Of a stretch of DNA of 64,000 nt, positions 11,894 to 26,829 are shown one piece after another. A program made the position numbers and the translations under genes. This DNA is from the human T2T-CHM13v2.0 reference genome, Homo sapiens. The notes under the pieces are model-generated. The model was not told the origin of the DNA. It worked only from the letters and a program-made list of their open reading frames with translations, and ran no database searches. The stretch is taken from assembly GCF_009914755.1 (NCBI RefSeq), contig NC_060928.1; one strand, given 5' to 3'. Position 1 is the stretch's first letter; every line of letters begins with the position of its first letter.

Positions 11894-14684
11894 AGTAGTG
11901 GCACAGAAAGAAGAGATTAGGAGTTGATCTTCAAAAGGCAGAGAAAATTAGAACTAAGGAATTCCTACCTTTTTTAAAAAAGCTAAAAATAATTTTGGGA
12001 AGCTCTTTAGACAGTTCACACTGTTGGAGAAAAACCCTGTGATATGAATGGCTTTGAAACCAGCAGCAGAGAAGTAGGTCCTTTCCTGTGGGTATGGGTC
12101 CTGGAATGGATTGGGTTTAGGCCCACTTGGCTCACCTGTTAGGAGGATGCTCCTTGGAGCCAGGCCTTGTGGGTATTCTTGGGCAGCGCTTGACTTCTGA
12201 GGACATGGGCACATGTTTTCAAGAGACCAGGCAAATTATAGTTGTCTGGGTACCAATTCCATGTGGCAGCCTCCAGTTAAGTGACATCCACATTCTGGTT
12301 ACCATAAGGATTTTTAATGACCAATGGTATACTGTAGAAAAGGCACATTTTAGGCATTTAGTAAACTAGAGGTATTGATAACTAATAATAACTAATAGTA
12401 ATAAGTACTGCTGCAGAGGTACTAATAACTAATAGTAAATGTTAGACTCATTTAAGAGCTGGATTAACAATCATTACCTCTAGCATAACACAAACATTCC
12501 TGGGTCTGTGCATTTCACATTCCATTTGTTTCAGAGTCTTGTATTTACTGGGTAAATGCCCATGGGAATTCAAATCATGGTTGGGCAAAGTTGGTTTGAG
12601 GGTAGGACAGGGAGTACGGGATTAGAGAGGGTAGAAGAGGTACAAGGGCCTCTTCTGACTTGGAGTGTCAGGGACACATTCATGTCAGGGCTTTGGAAGG
12701 GCCTCTTGACTGGGGTTTGGTGTGTGGAGAGTGGAAAGCTGAGTTGGGAAGCCTTCTTCTTTCCTCCTAAATTCCACCCTGATAACAACAGAAAAGCATC
12801 TTTGGCCTCTATGACATTAAAATATTTGAGCATTAAGGGTCAGGTGCTAGGCTTGAGAAGCTATTTAAGCCAGGCTAAATACAACTTTAGTGGAGATGTG
12901 CTGAGGAATAGGTACACTGTTTCTTTTAGTAACTAATGTTTAATTTTTAGAGAACACAGCAGGCCTTTTGAAGGCAGTTTAAGGAATGGGTGTGGAAGGG
13001 GGTGTGGGGGAAGGAAATCTCAGCAGAATGCTTTTAGATATTTCCTGTTATATAAATGCTACATACTTCTCATGCCTTCAGACTCATAGCAAATAGGACT
13101 GAAGCCCGTTGAGGCTTACATTTAATTACTGTTACAAAGAATGTAGAAACTATATAGGTAATCAAAGAACCTTAAAAACTGGCACCAAATGCAACTTTTT
13201 CTTTTTCATCCAAATCTTACATTGTGGAATTTGAATGTGGTGTGATGAAATACACTTGGACAAAAAATAAGTGTTTGATTTTTAAAAAATGCTTTTGTTT
13301 AATTCATAAGACTTTCTGTCATAGTAAAAGAGTCTGTCTTCAGGTAGACATTCCAGATGACAAAGTTTCTCATTTATGGAGTCCCCAGAGTAGTAACTTG
13401 ATACATTTATGTAGCAGTGTTTTAATGTGTGCTTGTGATGAAGAGTGCCACACTGATATCATACTGTTAGTATCTACCTGTAATGTAATAAATTGAGATC
13501 TTGTGTTAGTAATGAGAACATACAAGTTAAAGCTTTCTACTTCTAATTTTGTCCTACATTCTTTTTTTCTCTCATTTATGTTACTCCCTCCCCCAGATAT
13601 AGCCAGGTTTATCTGTACTAGTGGCTAAAAGACACAGATACTGAAAGCTTTTTTTTTTCTTCCTTGATTTCAGGGAAATTGATAGAATTGGGTAAGGCAT
13701 TTGGGGTATTTGTCTGCTGTAGCCCGTGGCATTCAGGGATGAGAATAGCCATCAAACTTGTAAATATTTTCTTTATATAAATGTCATGTCTGTCAAGTTC
13801 ATTGCAGTGCTCCTGTGTCGGTAGAATGTCTCAATTTCAGAACTGGCTATCCCTTGGCTGCTCATTCTGGACAGTGCTCTTCACTTTTGTGAGCCATAGT
13901 GTTTTGTAAAGTGGAGCCTCATTAAATCTATCTCACAGGATATTTTTTGCCTATAAAGGAGTTGGAATACATGAGTGAAGCAGGCCTGAGTTCGTGTATA
14001 TTTGAAACATGCTTCAGCAGGGCCATGAGAAGTCTTGTTTCAGTTGGTGAACAATCTCAAGTCATTTACTCACTTGTTTTTGAAATTAATTCAACCAATA
14101 TTTGTTGAATATGTATAATGTGTGTTATTCTGTGTACTCTGAAATATACAAAGATCAGTGATTACAGCCCTGGACCCTCAGGTGTCTAGAATATATAACT
14201 AGAAGGTAGTCAATATCATAGGAAAGGTAAGATCAAATACTTTGGGATCCAGGGTAGTCAAAACCTTATTGGATAAAAAGGTAATCTCTCAGCTCTGTGT
14301 CCTGAGAGCTGAAGCTCTCCTAAGTTGAAACAATGCTCTTCTTGAACTATCTCCTCACAAATTGGAAGCACAGAGTTCTGTAGGTCTTGCACCAGAGCTT
14401 AGACATGTAGTTAATACCAAGGCACCATGTGGCTGGGCAATATGGTTTCTGTCCCAGCCTGTATGACGTCATATATGGATTTGTCATTTGCACCATGGAA
14501 ATTTCACATCAGGACAAACCACCATGGTTTGTGAACATGGGACATCTCTGAGGAACACAGAACTTTCATATGGCCACGGAGTGTGGTTCTTCTCTGTGTG
14601 AACTCTGGTGTTGATTTTTAAAAGGCATGCACTGATTCGAGAAAACCTAATTTTATATACTGGAGTTAGACATACCTAGGAAAT

Positions 14685-15594
<910 letters not shown>

Positions 15595-16291
15595 TGACTT
15601 TTTTTCTTTTCTTTTCTTTCTTTCTTTTTTTTTTTTTTTTAAGATTTAGAAAGATCCTTGTAACTACTGCGAGATACAAAAAAGGGCTCTTTTGGGTAAC
15701 AGGGATTTAAAACAAAATTCTTAGGACCCATTGCCAATTAAGGATCATTTAGATATTTTTCTAAATTAGTGGGAAAATAAGATATAAATTACTACAGTGT
15801 ACAGTGAAATGTCACAAAACCTAAAAAAATCATTAAGTTTTAGACCATGAATTGACTTTGGATCTTTGAGTCAAACATTATCATTTTATAGAAGAAGAAA
15901 ATTGGCAATCAGACAGATTGTTAAATGTCAAAACTCTCCCAGCAAGCTCTTCATAGAGATGGGGTTAGAACCTAGATGCTGTGGTTTCTTGTGCAGCGGG
16001 TATTTACCTTTCCTATAGAGCTTTATTTTGGAGACTCCATTATTGACTGTTGTTGGGGCCACATCAATGTCTGCGTCTTGACTGAGCTGTGATGGAACTT
16101 ATCATTCCATCCCTGGGTGTCATTGCCATTATATGCACTGGCTGTGGTGGAAATTGTTAAGGATAAAAATGAAAAAATGAGGACAACAGATACCATTCTC
16201 ATTCAGTGAAATAGGGTTTCAAATTATGGCATGTGAATACAAGAGTTTTAAAAAACTCTTTAAATATGAAATGTCATTTTATGGCATATAG

Positions 16292-16636
<345 letters not shown>

Positions 16637-16816
16637 TAAAATCAACAGAATTGATCAGTTAGGTATAAACTTACAAATCATTGGCACATGAAACTTTTAA
16701 TTTTGCTTAATCATTATTGATGCTCCTTGAAATTTTACGTGTTGCTATAAAGCTGTTAAGAGTTGAGGAAGGACTGACTGACAAGTACGCTTCATGTGTT
16801 TTTTACACATTTATCG

Positions 16817-16863
16817 AAGACTGGAAAACCTGCTAGATGAATTCTAAAAGAGCTGTAACACGG
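16817..16863 (-). pseudogene. U7 snRNA retrocopy (3'-truncated), antisense to WWC2
   Basis: Minus strand reads CCGTGTTACAGCTCTTTTAGAATTCATCTAGCAGGTTTTCCAGTCTT versus human U7 CAGUGUUACAGCUCUUUUAGAAUUUGUCUAGUAGGCUUUCUGGCUUU (recalled). Sm site altered (AATTCATCTAG) and the 3' half of the terminal stem is missing. Confidence 0.88.
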
Positions 16864-16882
16864 ACTCAAAGCTTTTAAAATA

Positions 16883-17018
16883 ATTTTTTTTTGTTTTTTC
16901 ATAGAAGTGGAGTCTCACCATGTTGCCAAACTATTCTTGAACTCCTGGCCTCAAGTGATTCTCCTGCCACAGCCTCCTACAGTGCTGGGATTACGTGTGT
17001 GAGCCACTGCACCTGGCC
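16883..17018 (-). mobile_element. FLAM / Alu left monomer
   Basis: Single monomer of about 135 bp with T-rich tail. Confidence 0.85.
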
Positions 17019-18136
17019 ATGTTTTTCTTAATCATTATGTTTTTTGGGTGGCCATCAGAGAGACCCTGTAAAAAATATGATTTTGGAATGACCATGGGAT
17101 ACCTAAATAATAGGGTGAATATATTTATGCATATAAGCCTAATTTGTTTATATAATATAGTATATATGTTAAAGGAAGCAAGTAATTTTGGAGATTTAAG
17201 ACTGTGCATAAAGAAGCATTAAAGTGCTACAAGTTCCCCTCAAACCAGTGAATCACTAAATTTCTAATAATTATATTATCAAGTAAATATTCATGTAAAA
17301 TTATGTTTTCATTGCAGGAACACTTTTGAAAACCCGATTTCTAGCTAGCTTTAATATAAGCAATTAGGTAGACTTTTACCTAAGTAGAGAAGCTGCTGTA
17401 AATCACTACTTTCTCATGGATACTAATTTGAGCTTCAAAAGAACAGTATCATTCAAAGGATGCTTTTATTTGGAAAGTAGGTTTTCAAGTTACTTGAAGG
17501 ATAGTTGGTTTGTTGGAAAAAGTGAACAGAAAGCTATAGCAGAAATAATGCTGAGAGGATTAGTATTCCAGATGCTTATTAACTTAAAAAGACACGAACA
17601 TTAGATTAACAGTTATTGTGCCGTTGGCCAGAGAATGATTTCCACTGTAGAAAATAGCGGGTCATGCTTGATCCATTATCTGTCTTAAAACAGATTCAGG
17701 AGGCAGACACCTAGAGTCACAATGGGGGACCAGCTAACCAGTTCAGCCTCACTGAGGCTCGAAGTGTATAAACTAAAACATTCCATAGCCTTGCACAAAC
17801 ATGCTCTTCAGACACCTGACAACAGTTTCAGGGGCTTCCTTGGACAAACTTTCCAGCTCTCAAGTTCTGGAGTCAGTCATTAGGATGCCTGTGGGGTACG
17901 TGGACGGTGGGTGGGGTAAAGAGAAAAGCACTTTCGAGGAGAGCAGGCTTGGGAACATGTATTGCAAAGGGTTGGCACAGGGAGAGGTAAAAGTCCTGAA
18001 GGTGAAACCTGGGGAGCCTGGGATGCTGAGATGCACTTTTGTGACATGATTTTGCATTTCTGTTGATTTTCATACTATTTATTGAGAGCACGGTAGAAAT
18101 AACAGGGAAGAGAAATAAATAGTCATCATGTTGTGA

Positions 18137-18380
18137 TTTATTTATTTATATTTTTTTAAAGTGACAGGGTCTCGCTCTGCCAGCCAGACTGGAGTGCAGT
18201 AGCATGGTCATAGCTTACTATAACCTTGAACTCCTCAAGTGATCCTTTTGCCTCAGCCTCCTGAGTAGCTGGGACTACACTAGCTAATTAATTTTTTTTT
18301 TTTTTAATAGAGAGTCTCGCTATATTTCCTAGACTGGTCTTGAACTCTGAGCTTCAAGTGATCCTCCTGCGTCAGTCTCC
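18137..18380 (-). mobile_element. AluJ, deleted/truncated
   Basis: Alu arms with internal deletions and a missing 5' end. Confidence 0.85.
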
Positions 18381-19099
18381 TATTATGACATTTAGAAAAA
18401 GTAATTTCTTCAAATCAATTTGGTTTTCCACTTTGTAAAATGAAGAGAGAATGTAACTGATGAGAGCTTACAGTGACATCCATTATTTCAGATGCAACCA
18501 TAAGGAAGCTTTTCTAATCAAAGGCCTTCATTTCTTCTTTGTACTGTTTACAGGGTTCTTAACACAAACTGCCTTAGATTATAAACATTTCTGCATGTGC
18601 CTTATCTTTCCAATTAGACTCAGTCTTTCCAATTAGCCTCATTGAGAGCAGGGTCAAGGGTTAAAAATAAAAGTGAAAACATTTATGTTGTGCTTTAACT
18701 CTTTATAGAATACTTTTCATATATATTATTTGGTGTCTTTTAACAATATATTGACTGGGATTTCCAAATGAAAACTGGAAGAACAAGGTATAATATTTAT
18801 GTTTTAAAATTTGATTTAAGATTCACTAGAGTTTAGTTATACTAAAAGTGTATATTGGTAATATCTTCATATTTTTATATTATGTATTTTGGAGTACTGA
18901 AAAATATACTTTACATAATCTCTGAGCAAATGTAACTAAAGTTTTATGAGATTTCTTTAGAGGTAAATTTGAAATCAGTAAATAAACATGGTAGGGAAAC
19001 TTTTCTGACTTTTAAAATTAAAATTGGAAACTTAGTGGGAGATTTTAAAACTTTACGTTAATCAAAGTTATATCTGTAAATGATTAACAAACACTCAAC

Positions 19100-20450
19100 T
19101 AGGTTCCCAAAGCAAAGACAGGCATCCTGTGACCCACTACTCTCCCCAACACTTGATTCACTGTCTCTACAGTCGACCACATTTACATATTTAAAAGTTT
19201 CTTTTGGTATTTGCCGCTGTGTTTTTAAATAACTTTGTCTATCTGTCTTGACTTCTTAGCTTTGGATTTTGAGAACTGACTTCCCGCCCTGGTTGAGGAT
19301 TCAGCTTTCTTACTGTGCCTTCCTCATGCACATGTGCCTCCCTCCCCTCATCCTCTTGGTGTTTTCTATCACCTTGTAAAGAAATCAGTAGTCTGTGTGT
19401 ACATTTTTATGACTATGTAAATATTATTCATGGATGACCTATCTGGTGTACTATGATTGCATTTCCTTTTGTTTTCTCTGTAGTTAATAATCATCTCTTT
19501 TTTCCATTGGCTTACTTCTCTATATTCCTATTACCAATTTGTGGCCAGAATTATAAATCTCCTTTCAGTACATTCCAACACACTGTGTATTCTGTTGGTT
19601 TGGAACCTCCTGCACCTTCTGTTCTTAATTTCAAGTTTGTCCTGGTTAATCATTGTAACTGCTGCACACTGTCATCCTATGGCCTCCATTTACTGTCATC
19701 TTGTAGGTTTCATTTGTCATTTTCCTGTGTTGGGTGCTCATTTGCTGGATATCATGTCTTCCAGTTTTCTTGGTTTATTCTCTGTTTTGGTGGAGTAGCG
19801 TTGGAAAGGGAGCATAGATTTGTTGAGGCTTTGCATCTCCACAGATGCCATTATTCTGCTCTCATATGTGATTAATATTTTAGCTAGGGACATAATTCCA
19901 GGTTGGAAGTAATTTGGAGTAAAAATTCGATGGTACTGCTTTACTGACTTGTATATTCCAGTGTTGTGTTTGAGAGGTCTGATGCTTTTATGTTTCTTGT
20001 TTTTTTTTTTTTTTTTTGTTATTGTTATTTGTTTGTTTCCTCTTTGTGACCTGATTCCTCTCTGAAGTTTTTGGGTTTTGTTTTTGCCCTCATGTTCTAA
20101 AATTTCACAATGTTGGGCATTGATGTAGGCCTTTTGTAACCATTGTGCTAGGTGGGTCATATATAATCAAGAAACCAGTGTCATTCAGATTCAGTTTAGG
20201 GAAATTTTCTTGCACTAGTATTTTGATAATATTTTTCTCTTTGTATTTACTTTGTTCTCTCTCTCTGGAACTCATGCAAGTCAGATATTAGACCTCCTAG
20301 ATTGGTTGTTCACTTTCCTTATCTTTTCCCTTCTGTCTTACTCTTTGGGAAATTTTTTAAACTTGATCTTTTAATTTGTCAATAGATGGTTTCTGCCATC
20401 ATATTGTTCATTTCCAGGAATTTTTAAATTCTTTTCTCCAAATATTTATG
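19100..20450 (-). mobile_element. Ancient L1M/HAL1-like fragments
   Basis: T-rich antisense L1-like text (tagctagggacataattccaggttggaagtaattt, ggaaattttcttg, ttagacctcctagattgg). Confidence 0.55.
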
Positions 20451-20513
20451 TACGTATTTATTTACCTCCCCTCCCCTTCTCTCCCCTCTCCTCCCCTCCT
20501 CTCCTCACCCCAC

Positions 20514-20794
20514 AGGGTGCTCTGTCACCCAGGCTGGAGTGCAGTGGTATAATCACAACTCACTGCAGCCTTGACCTCCTAGGTTCAAGTGATCCTCCCA
20601 CCTCATCCTCCTGAGTAGCTGGGACCACAAGCATGTGCTGCCATGCCTGGCTAATTTTTTAATTTCTTTGTTTTTGTAGAGGTGGGGTCTTGTTATGTTG
20701 CCCAGGCTGGTCTCAAACTCTCAGGCTTAAGAGATCTTCCTGCCTTGGCCTCCCAAAGTGTTGGGATTGCACGTGTGAGCCACCGTGCCTGGCC
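20514..20794 (-). mobile_element. AluJ with pyrimidine-repeat tail
   Basis: Reverse-complement dimer preceded by a (CCCCT)n-like tract at 20464-20511. Confidence 0.9.
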
Positions 20795-20969
20795 ACATAT
20801 TTTTCTTTTGTTAGTAACCTGTTCTATCTCTCTGAATATGCTAATTGAAGTTTTCTTCAATATCTCTGAAGAAATGAATTCTTCAGTTTTATTTTTTCAG
20901 TGTTGTTTTGGTTTCTGCTTTCATTTTAGGGGACTAGTATTCTTAGCTTTTGCGTTTGAGATAAGTAAT

Positions 20970-21306
20970 ACCAACCATTCTGGCTCTTCACTCCTTCCAG
21001 ACACAGGAGACAGGATTAACTTCCCTGCCTCCATGTGACTTGTTTTGACGAGTGGATTGCAAGCAGAAGTGATGTGCACGTCTCCCCTACCTGGATGATC
21101 GATGCTTGTGTTGAGATTGGAGATGCCACAGGCACCCAAGATGCAGTGTGGAATGCTCCACACTGCGGGGGGCCAGCTGCCCGGGGATTCATCCAGAGCC
21201 ACTTTGGACTTGGCTTGAATGGGAAGTAAATGTTTGTTGTTTTTAACCACTGAGACTTTGGTATTGTTTTTTATTGCAGCGTTATCTAGCCTGTCCTACT
21301 GAGACA
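20970..21306 (+). mobile_element. MLT1I/J-like MaLR LTR
   Basis: catgtgacttgtttt...agcagaagtgatgtg...aaccactgagactttgg...tgcagcgttatctagcctgtcctactgagaca. Confidence 0.7.
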
Positions 21307-22089
21307 GCTCTCAGTCATATTTAAGAATGAGGCACAAAAAGCTGTTTGGAAGCTCTCTACTAGTGGGTGGGGTAGTCATATGGCAGTGATCTGGCTTAGC
21401 ATTTCTGTTAAGGCACTCCCAGATGTTAATGTCAGTAGATCTTTTCTCTTGGTCTGGTCAGTTTTCCCAGGAAAAACCCTCCAATTCTTCGGCCTGACAA
21501 ATGTAAGCCCAACTCCTGGGTTCTGCAAACTGAGTAATGGAAATGGGGCTTGGGATGCTTGCTGTTCAGTGTGTGCACACTCTATAATGTTCCCTGTTTT
21601 TAATAAGGTACTCCTTTCAGCAGTCCGAGCCACCTGGAAGTCCACGGCCCATCTGATTAAGTCTTTCTAGAGAATAAACCTTCTGTTTCTGCCCAGGTTG
21701 GGCAAAGGCAGGCAGGGGGTCTGACTGCTTCTTAACAGACTTCTGGCAAGTCCTCCATGGTCACACCCTCCATCTGAAGTCTGTGGTGCTGGAATTCCTG
21801 AGCCGTTTCAGGCTTTTGCAGTATGAATGGATCTGCTTCTGGGCTTTCTCTATTGCTAACCTAGGCTTTCTGTTTCTCATGTCTCCTGAATCACTTACCA
21901 CGCTGCAGTTTGCTTCCCACCGTCCCAAATTTTGTTGTTCTCATCCGCTGACCTTCCCATTGTCCTTTTGTGTTTATGCCTTTTAAAAAATCCCCTTTCT
22001 GCTATTTTCTAGAGGGAATGTAGGTAAGCACATATATTAAATCTGTGTAGTGTTTACTGGAAGTTCTTTAATAATGAATTTTATCCTCC

Positions 22090-23005
<916 letters not shown>

Positions 23006-23531
23006 TCAAAAATTCTTTTATAACTTTTTTTGCCTTAAAAATTGCGATCCCATCGTGGTAAACATGCTGCAACTGGTTGTTATTTCTCTTTTGGACTAGA
23101 ACAGTTTCTCAAAGCATCGTTTTTTGTACTTGATTTTTTGCTTTTAATTAATCTTGAACAGAGCTAGCACCTATAGAAAAAGATAAATAAAGATGAGGCC
23201 CTGATAAGGAGATGTTCGTGAAAGCACTGGAAAACAGAGCACATTTTATTTTTTAATGGTTTGTTTTTCTAACCCAGGTGCTACTAGTCTAAAACTTAGC
23301 CACGCAGTGCTTTGCACATTCAATTAAAACAAAGAAGCAGTATTTGTCTTCACTGTGATGAAGAACTATATTTAGAGTTTTCCCAGCCCACCTCACTTCA
23401 CCTTGCATACTTTGCCAGCGTTCAGCCTCATGACTTACGTTTGCTTCAAACTGAATTTGAGTCTAAGCTCAAAGGGCATGCATTTTTGTTTATGAATAAG
23501 GGCTGATCTCTGAAGTTAGTATAGTTATCAA

Positions 23532-23548
23532 ACATTCCTCACATTCCA
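23532..23548. promoter_or_regulatory. Candidate tandem TEAD (MCAT) double site
   Basis: aCATTCC-tca-CATTCCa: direct repeat with a 3-nt spacer, in non-repeat sequence. Confidence 0.5.
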
Positions 23549-23743
23549 TATGTCTAATTTTTAGTGCTTGGAGGATCTGGTGCTGTGCCAGAGGAACATA
23601 GAGGCTAGAGAGCACACAGAAATATCACCAAGGAAAGTCTCCATGTAAGCTATAAAAATTCAATCGTATGTTTAAGTAGCAAAGCAAATAGTAGGTATGG
23701 GATTGATTTGTGGCATGTTAGTACCATTCTTTAGGCTGCTTAG

Positions 23744-24199
<456 letters not shown>

Positions 24200-25702
24200 T
24201 GAACCACTCAGACTGCATCCTCTCCTTACTCTCACAGGGGAAGAGAAGAATGATCATCAGTGGCAAATGGCAGCTGCAGCCAAGCAACACCGGCCTCACA
24301 CTCCAGGCAGAACGCTGTGCCCTCCTCATGGAGGAGTTTTTCAATACTGCAAAACAAATACTTGCAGAAGCTAAGCATGACTTAGTGTACGGTTGAAGGA
24401 GTCACCAGTGCAGATGTGGTGGTCACCAGAAGATAGGTTCATTGAACACATGTTGAATGAGCAGCAGTCGCTGTTCTAGCCACTAAGGACCACAGTGGTG
24501 GACAAAATAAGTCATGGGGAGGTAGGAAGGAGGACTAGAGCAATAAAGGAGATAAATTCAGACATGATAATAGCATTAAAGAAATCAACTGTATGCCATG
24601 ATAGATAGTGACTACTTTAGATAGACTCATGCATTAGTCAGCTCTGCTGTGGTAATAAGCAACCTGTAAATCTGTGACTTCCACAACAGGTGTCTCCTTC
24701 TAGCTCGTATTACATTGTCAACTAGAGAATAAAGTGAAATAATTATGTAAAAATCTCAAGGCTAAGGATCATGCATGATCTGTGAAATTGGTCACTAAAT
24801 GTTTAGAAAAAATTCAAATTGGTCTTGGTGAAATATATGCATAACACAAAAGAGTCAGATTATGACAATAAAAATAGAACCTTTGTAAATTTAATATAAA
24901 ACAATTTAATACAAAGAAATCAAAGAAGGAAATTGTAGGGCCTTTGGTCAGAAGCTCCTTTGTTGTTTAACAAGGTTCAAGAATAAATAAGGCTGTTTCC
25001 TCTTCTTAATAAAGACATTATATATAAAAAAGTGAACATTTTGTAGAAGCAGACTATAATAGAAACTTGAATCTAAGTTTAAAATGCCTTAGATGATGTT
25101 AGAAAAAAAAAGAGTAACATTTATGAACATGGGCATATATTTTTTGGATGTCTATAAATAGTCATCTTTGAAATGTTAAGCATGCTTTCCAGCATGTGCT
25201 TTTTCTCTGGCCTGAGAAGCTACAGGTGCACCGAGATTGATTGACTCATTTACCTTCTTAAAGCTTTTTTGGGAAGCAGTTAGACTTGGTTTAATTGTCT
25301 AGTAATCTGGCCAGCTGCCTCCATGATCTTCACATTCTGGAAGGCCTGTGCTTAACTGAATTTCTTCTTCACTTTGGGACCCTGCAAGATCACTGAGAGT
25401 CAATGCTGGGTAACTCCATTTAGGTCAGTTATGTAGAGATCCCTTAGTTAAAGACCAGGCCCTGCTAACAGCATCACTATAGCGTTAGGACATTTGTTCA
25501 GGTAAATCCCACAGAAATGCAATGATCATGTGGCCAAACCAACATACTTTCTTCTTGCATTTATCCAGGCAAGATTAAGAGTTGAGATATACTGAAATAA
25601 CACCAACCTCACATTATGAACATTTTGAAATTTATTGTGAAATTCATTTATTTTGTCTCTAAATGTAACAATAGCTGTAGACTGCAAAAGAAGTTAAAAT
25701 CA

Positions 25703-25823
25703 GGGCCAGAGAGTGGCTGATGCCTATAATTTCAACTCTTCGGGATACCAATGTGGGAGGATCACTTGAGCCCAGGAGTTTGAGACCAGCCTGGGCTACA
25801 CAGTGAGACCCTGTTTCTACAAA

Positions 25824-25862
<39 letters not shown>

Positions 25863-26041
25863 ATTTAAAAAATTAGCCAGGCATAGTGGCACATACCTGT
25901 AAGTCCTAGCTTACTCTTGAAGCTGAGGCAGGAGGATCACTTGAGCCCAGGAGTTTGAGGCTGCAGCCCAGCCTGAGCAGTAGAGCAAGACCCCTGAAGT
26001 CTTGCTGTGCTGCCCAGTCTCTTTAAAAAAAAAAAAAAAAA
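25703..26041 (+). mobile_element. AluJ with (AAAT)n in the linker and a rearranged right arm
   Basis: Sense dimer; about 10-11 AAAT units at 25821-25864; deletion plus inverted insert near the 3' end. Confidence 0.9.
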
Positions 26042-26829
26042 GTAAAAATCAGAGGATGGAACTGAAGCACCAGATACTTCCCCACAAGCTATTAAGGCTG
26101 AGTTAGTTCTTATAACTCTCCACTGACAGCAGCTGTGCCTTTACACCAGGGAGCTTGCTGCATGGAAGCTCGGACTCAGTCTGATCTAGCTGAGCTCTCC
26201 GTTCAGAAGCAGCAGGCTTCAGGGCGCATAATCGAGAACTACAAGTAAGGCTAAGGCATCATGGCCCCAAGTCCCCTTACTGCAGGAGCTGCATAGCAGG
26301 AAGTGCTTCCTGAGGTTAACTTTATGAATCTGTGTCTGAGTAAAATACTTGTCAGTATCTAACTTAGGGCTCATTCAAGGATATTCAGTACAGTGTTGTT
26401 TTGGATACAATTAAAATGGCTATCAGTACCAGACAATACTGGAAGGGCTAAACTGTGATCTAAGCTTATTGTAAAAGATGCTCCTGTGACATAAAACAAA
26501 ATTTAAAAAAACTTACTATTAAAAACGAGGTAGCAACATGAAAAGCCTCATAAATTATATTGTTGAATGAAAAAAGTAAACTTCAGAACGATGTGCACAG
26601 TATATTATATTTTCTAGGCTGTATGTAGAGAAAGGCCTGGAAGAACACATACTGCCCCGGTGGTCGTGGATACTTCTGAAGAGAGGAGTGTGAGAACTGG
26701 AATGAGAGCTGGTGGTCAAAGAGACTTAGCATTGTCTGCAGTATTTTAATATTTTACAAGGAGGGTATATCCATGTATTTTTTAACTAAAATCTTATATT
26801 AAAAGTAAGATTTTAATAACTATTTTCAA

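Noticed and set aside
12988-13014. G-rich runs here and near 28265, 41566 and 57720 as G-quadruplexes
   Set aside because: Most lack four clean G3 tracts with short loops, and they are no more frequent than expected.
16794-16810. Hairpin as a true histone stem-loop
   Set aside because: The sequence does not match the GGYYYU-UYUH-ARRRCC SLBP consensus, and the spacing to the U7-complementary core is too long. Kept only as a caveated note.
19453-20160. Two overlapping 140-aa ORFs on opposite strands
   Set aside because: They lie in T-rich decayed L1-like sequence, have biased composition and show no recognisable domain.
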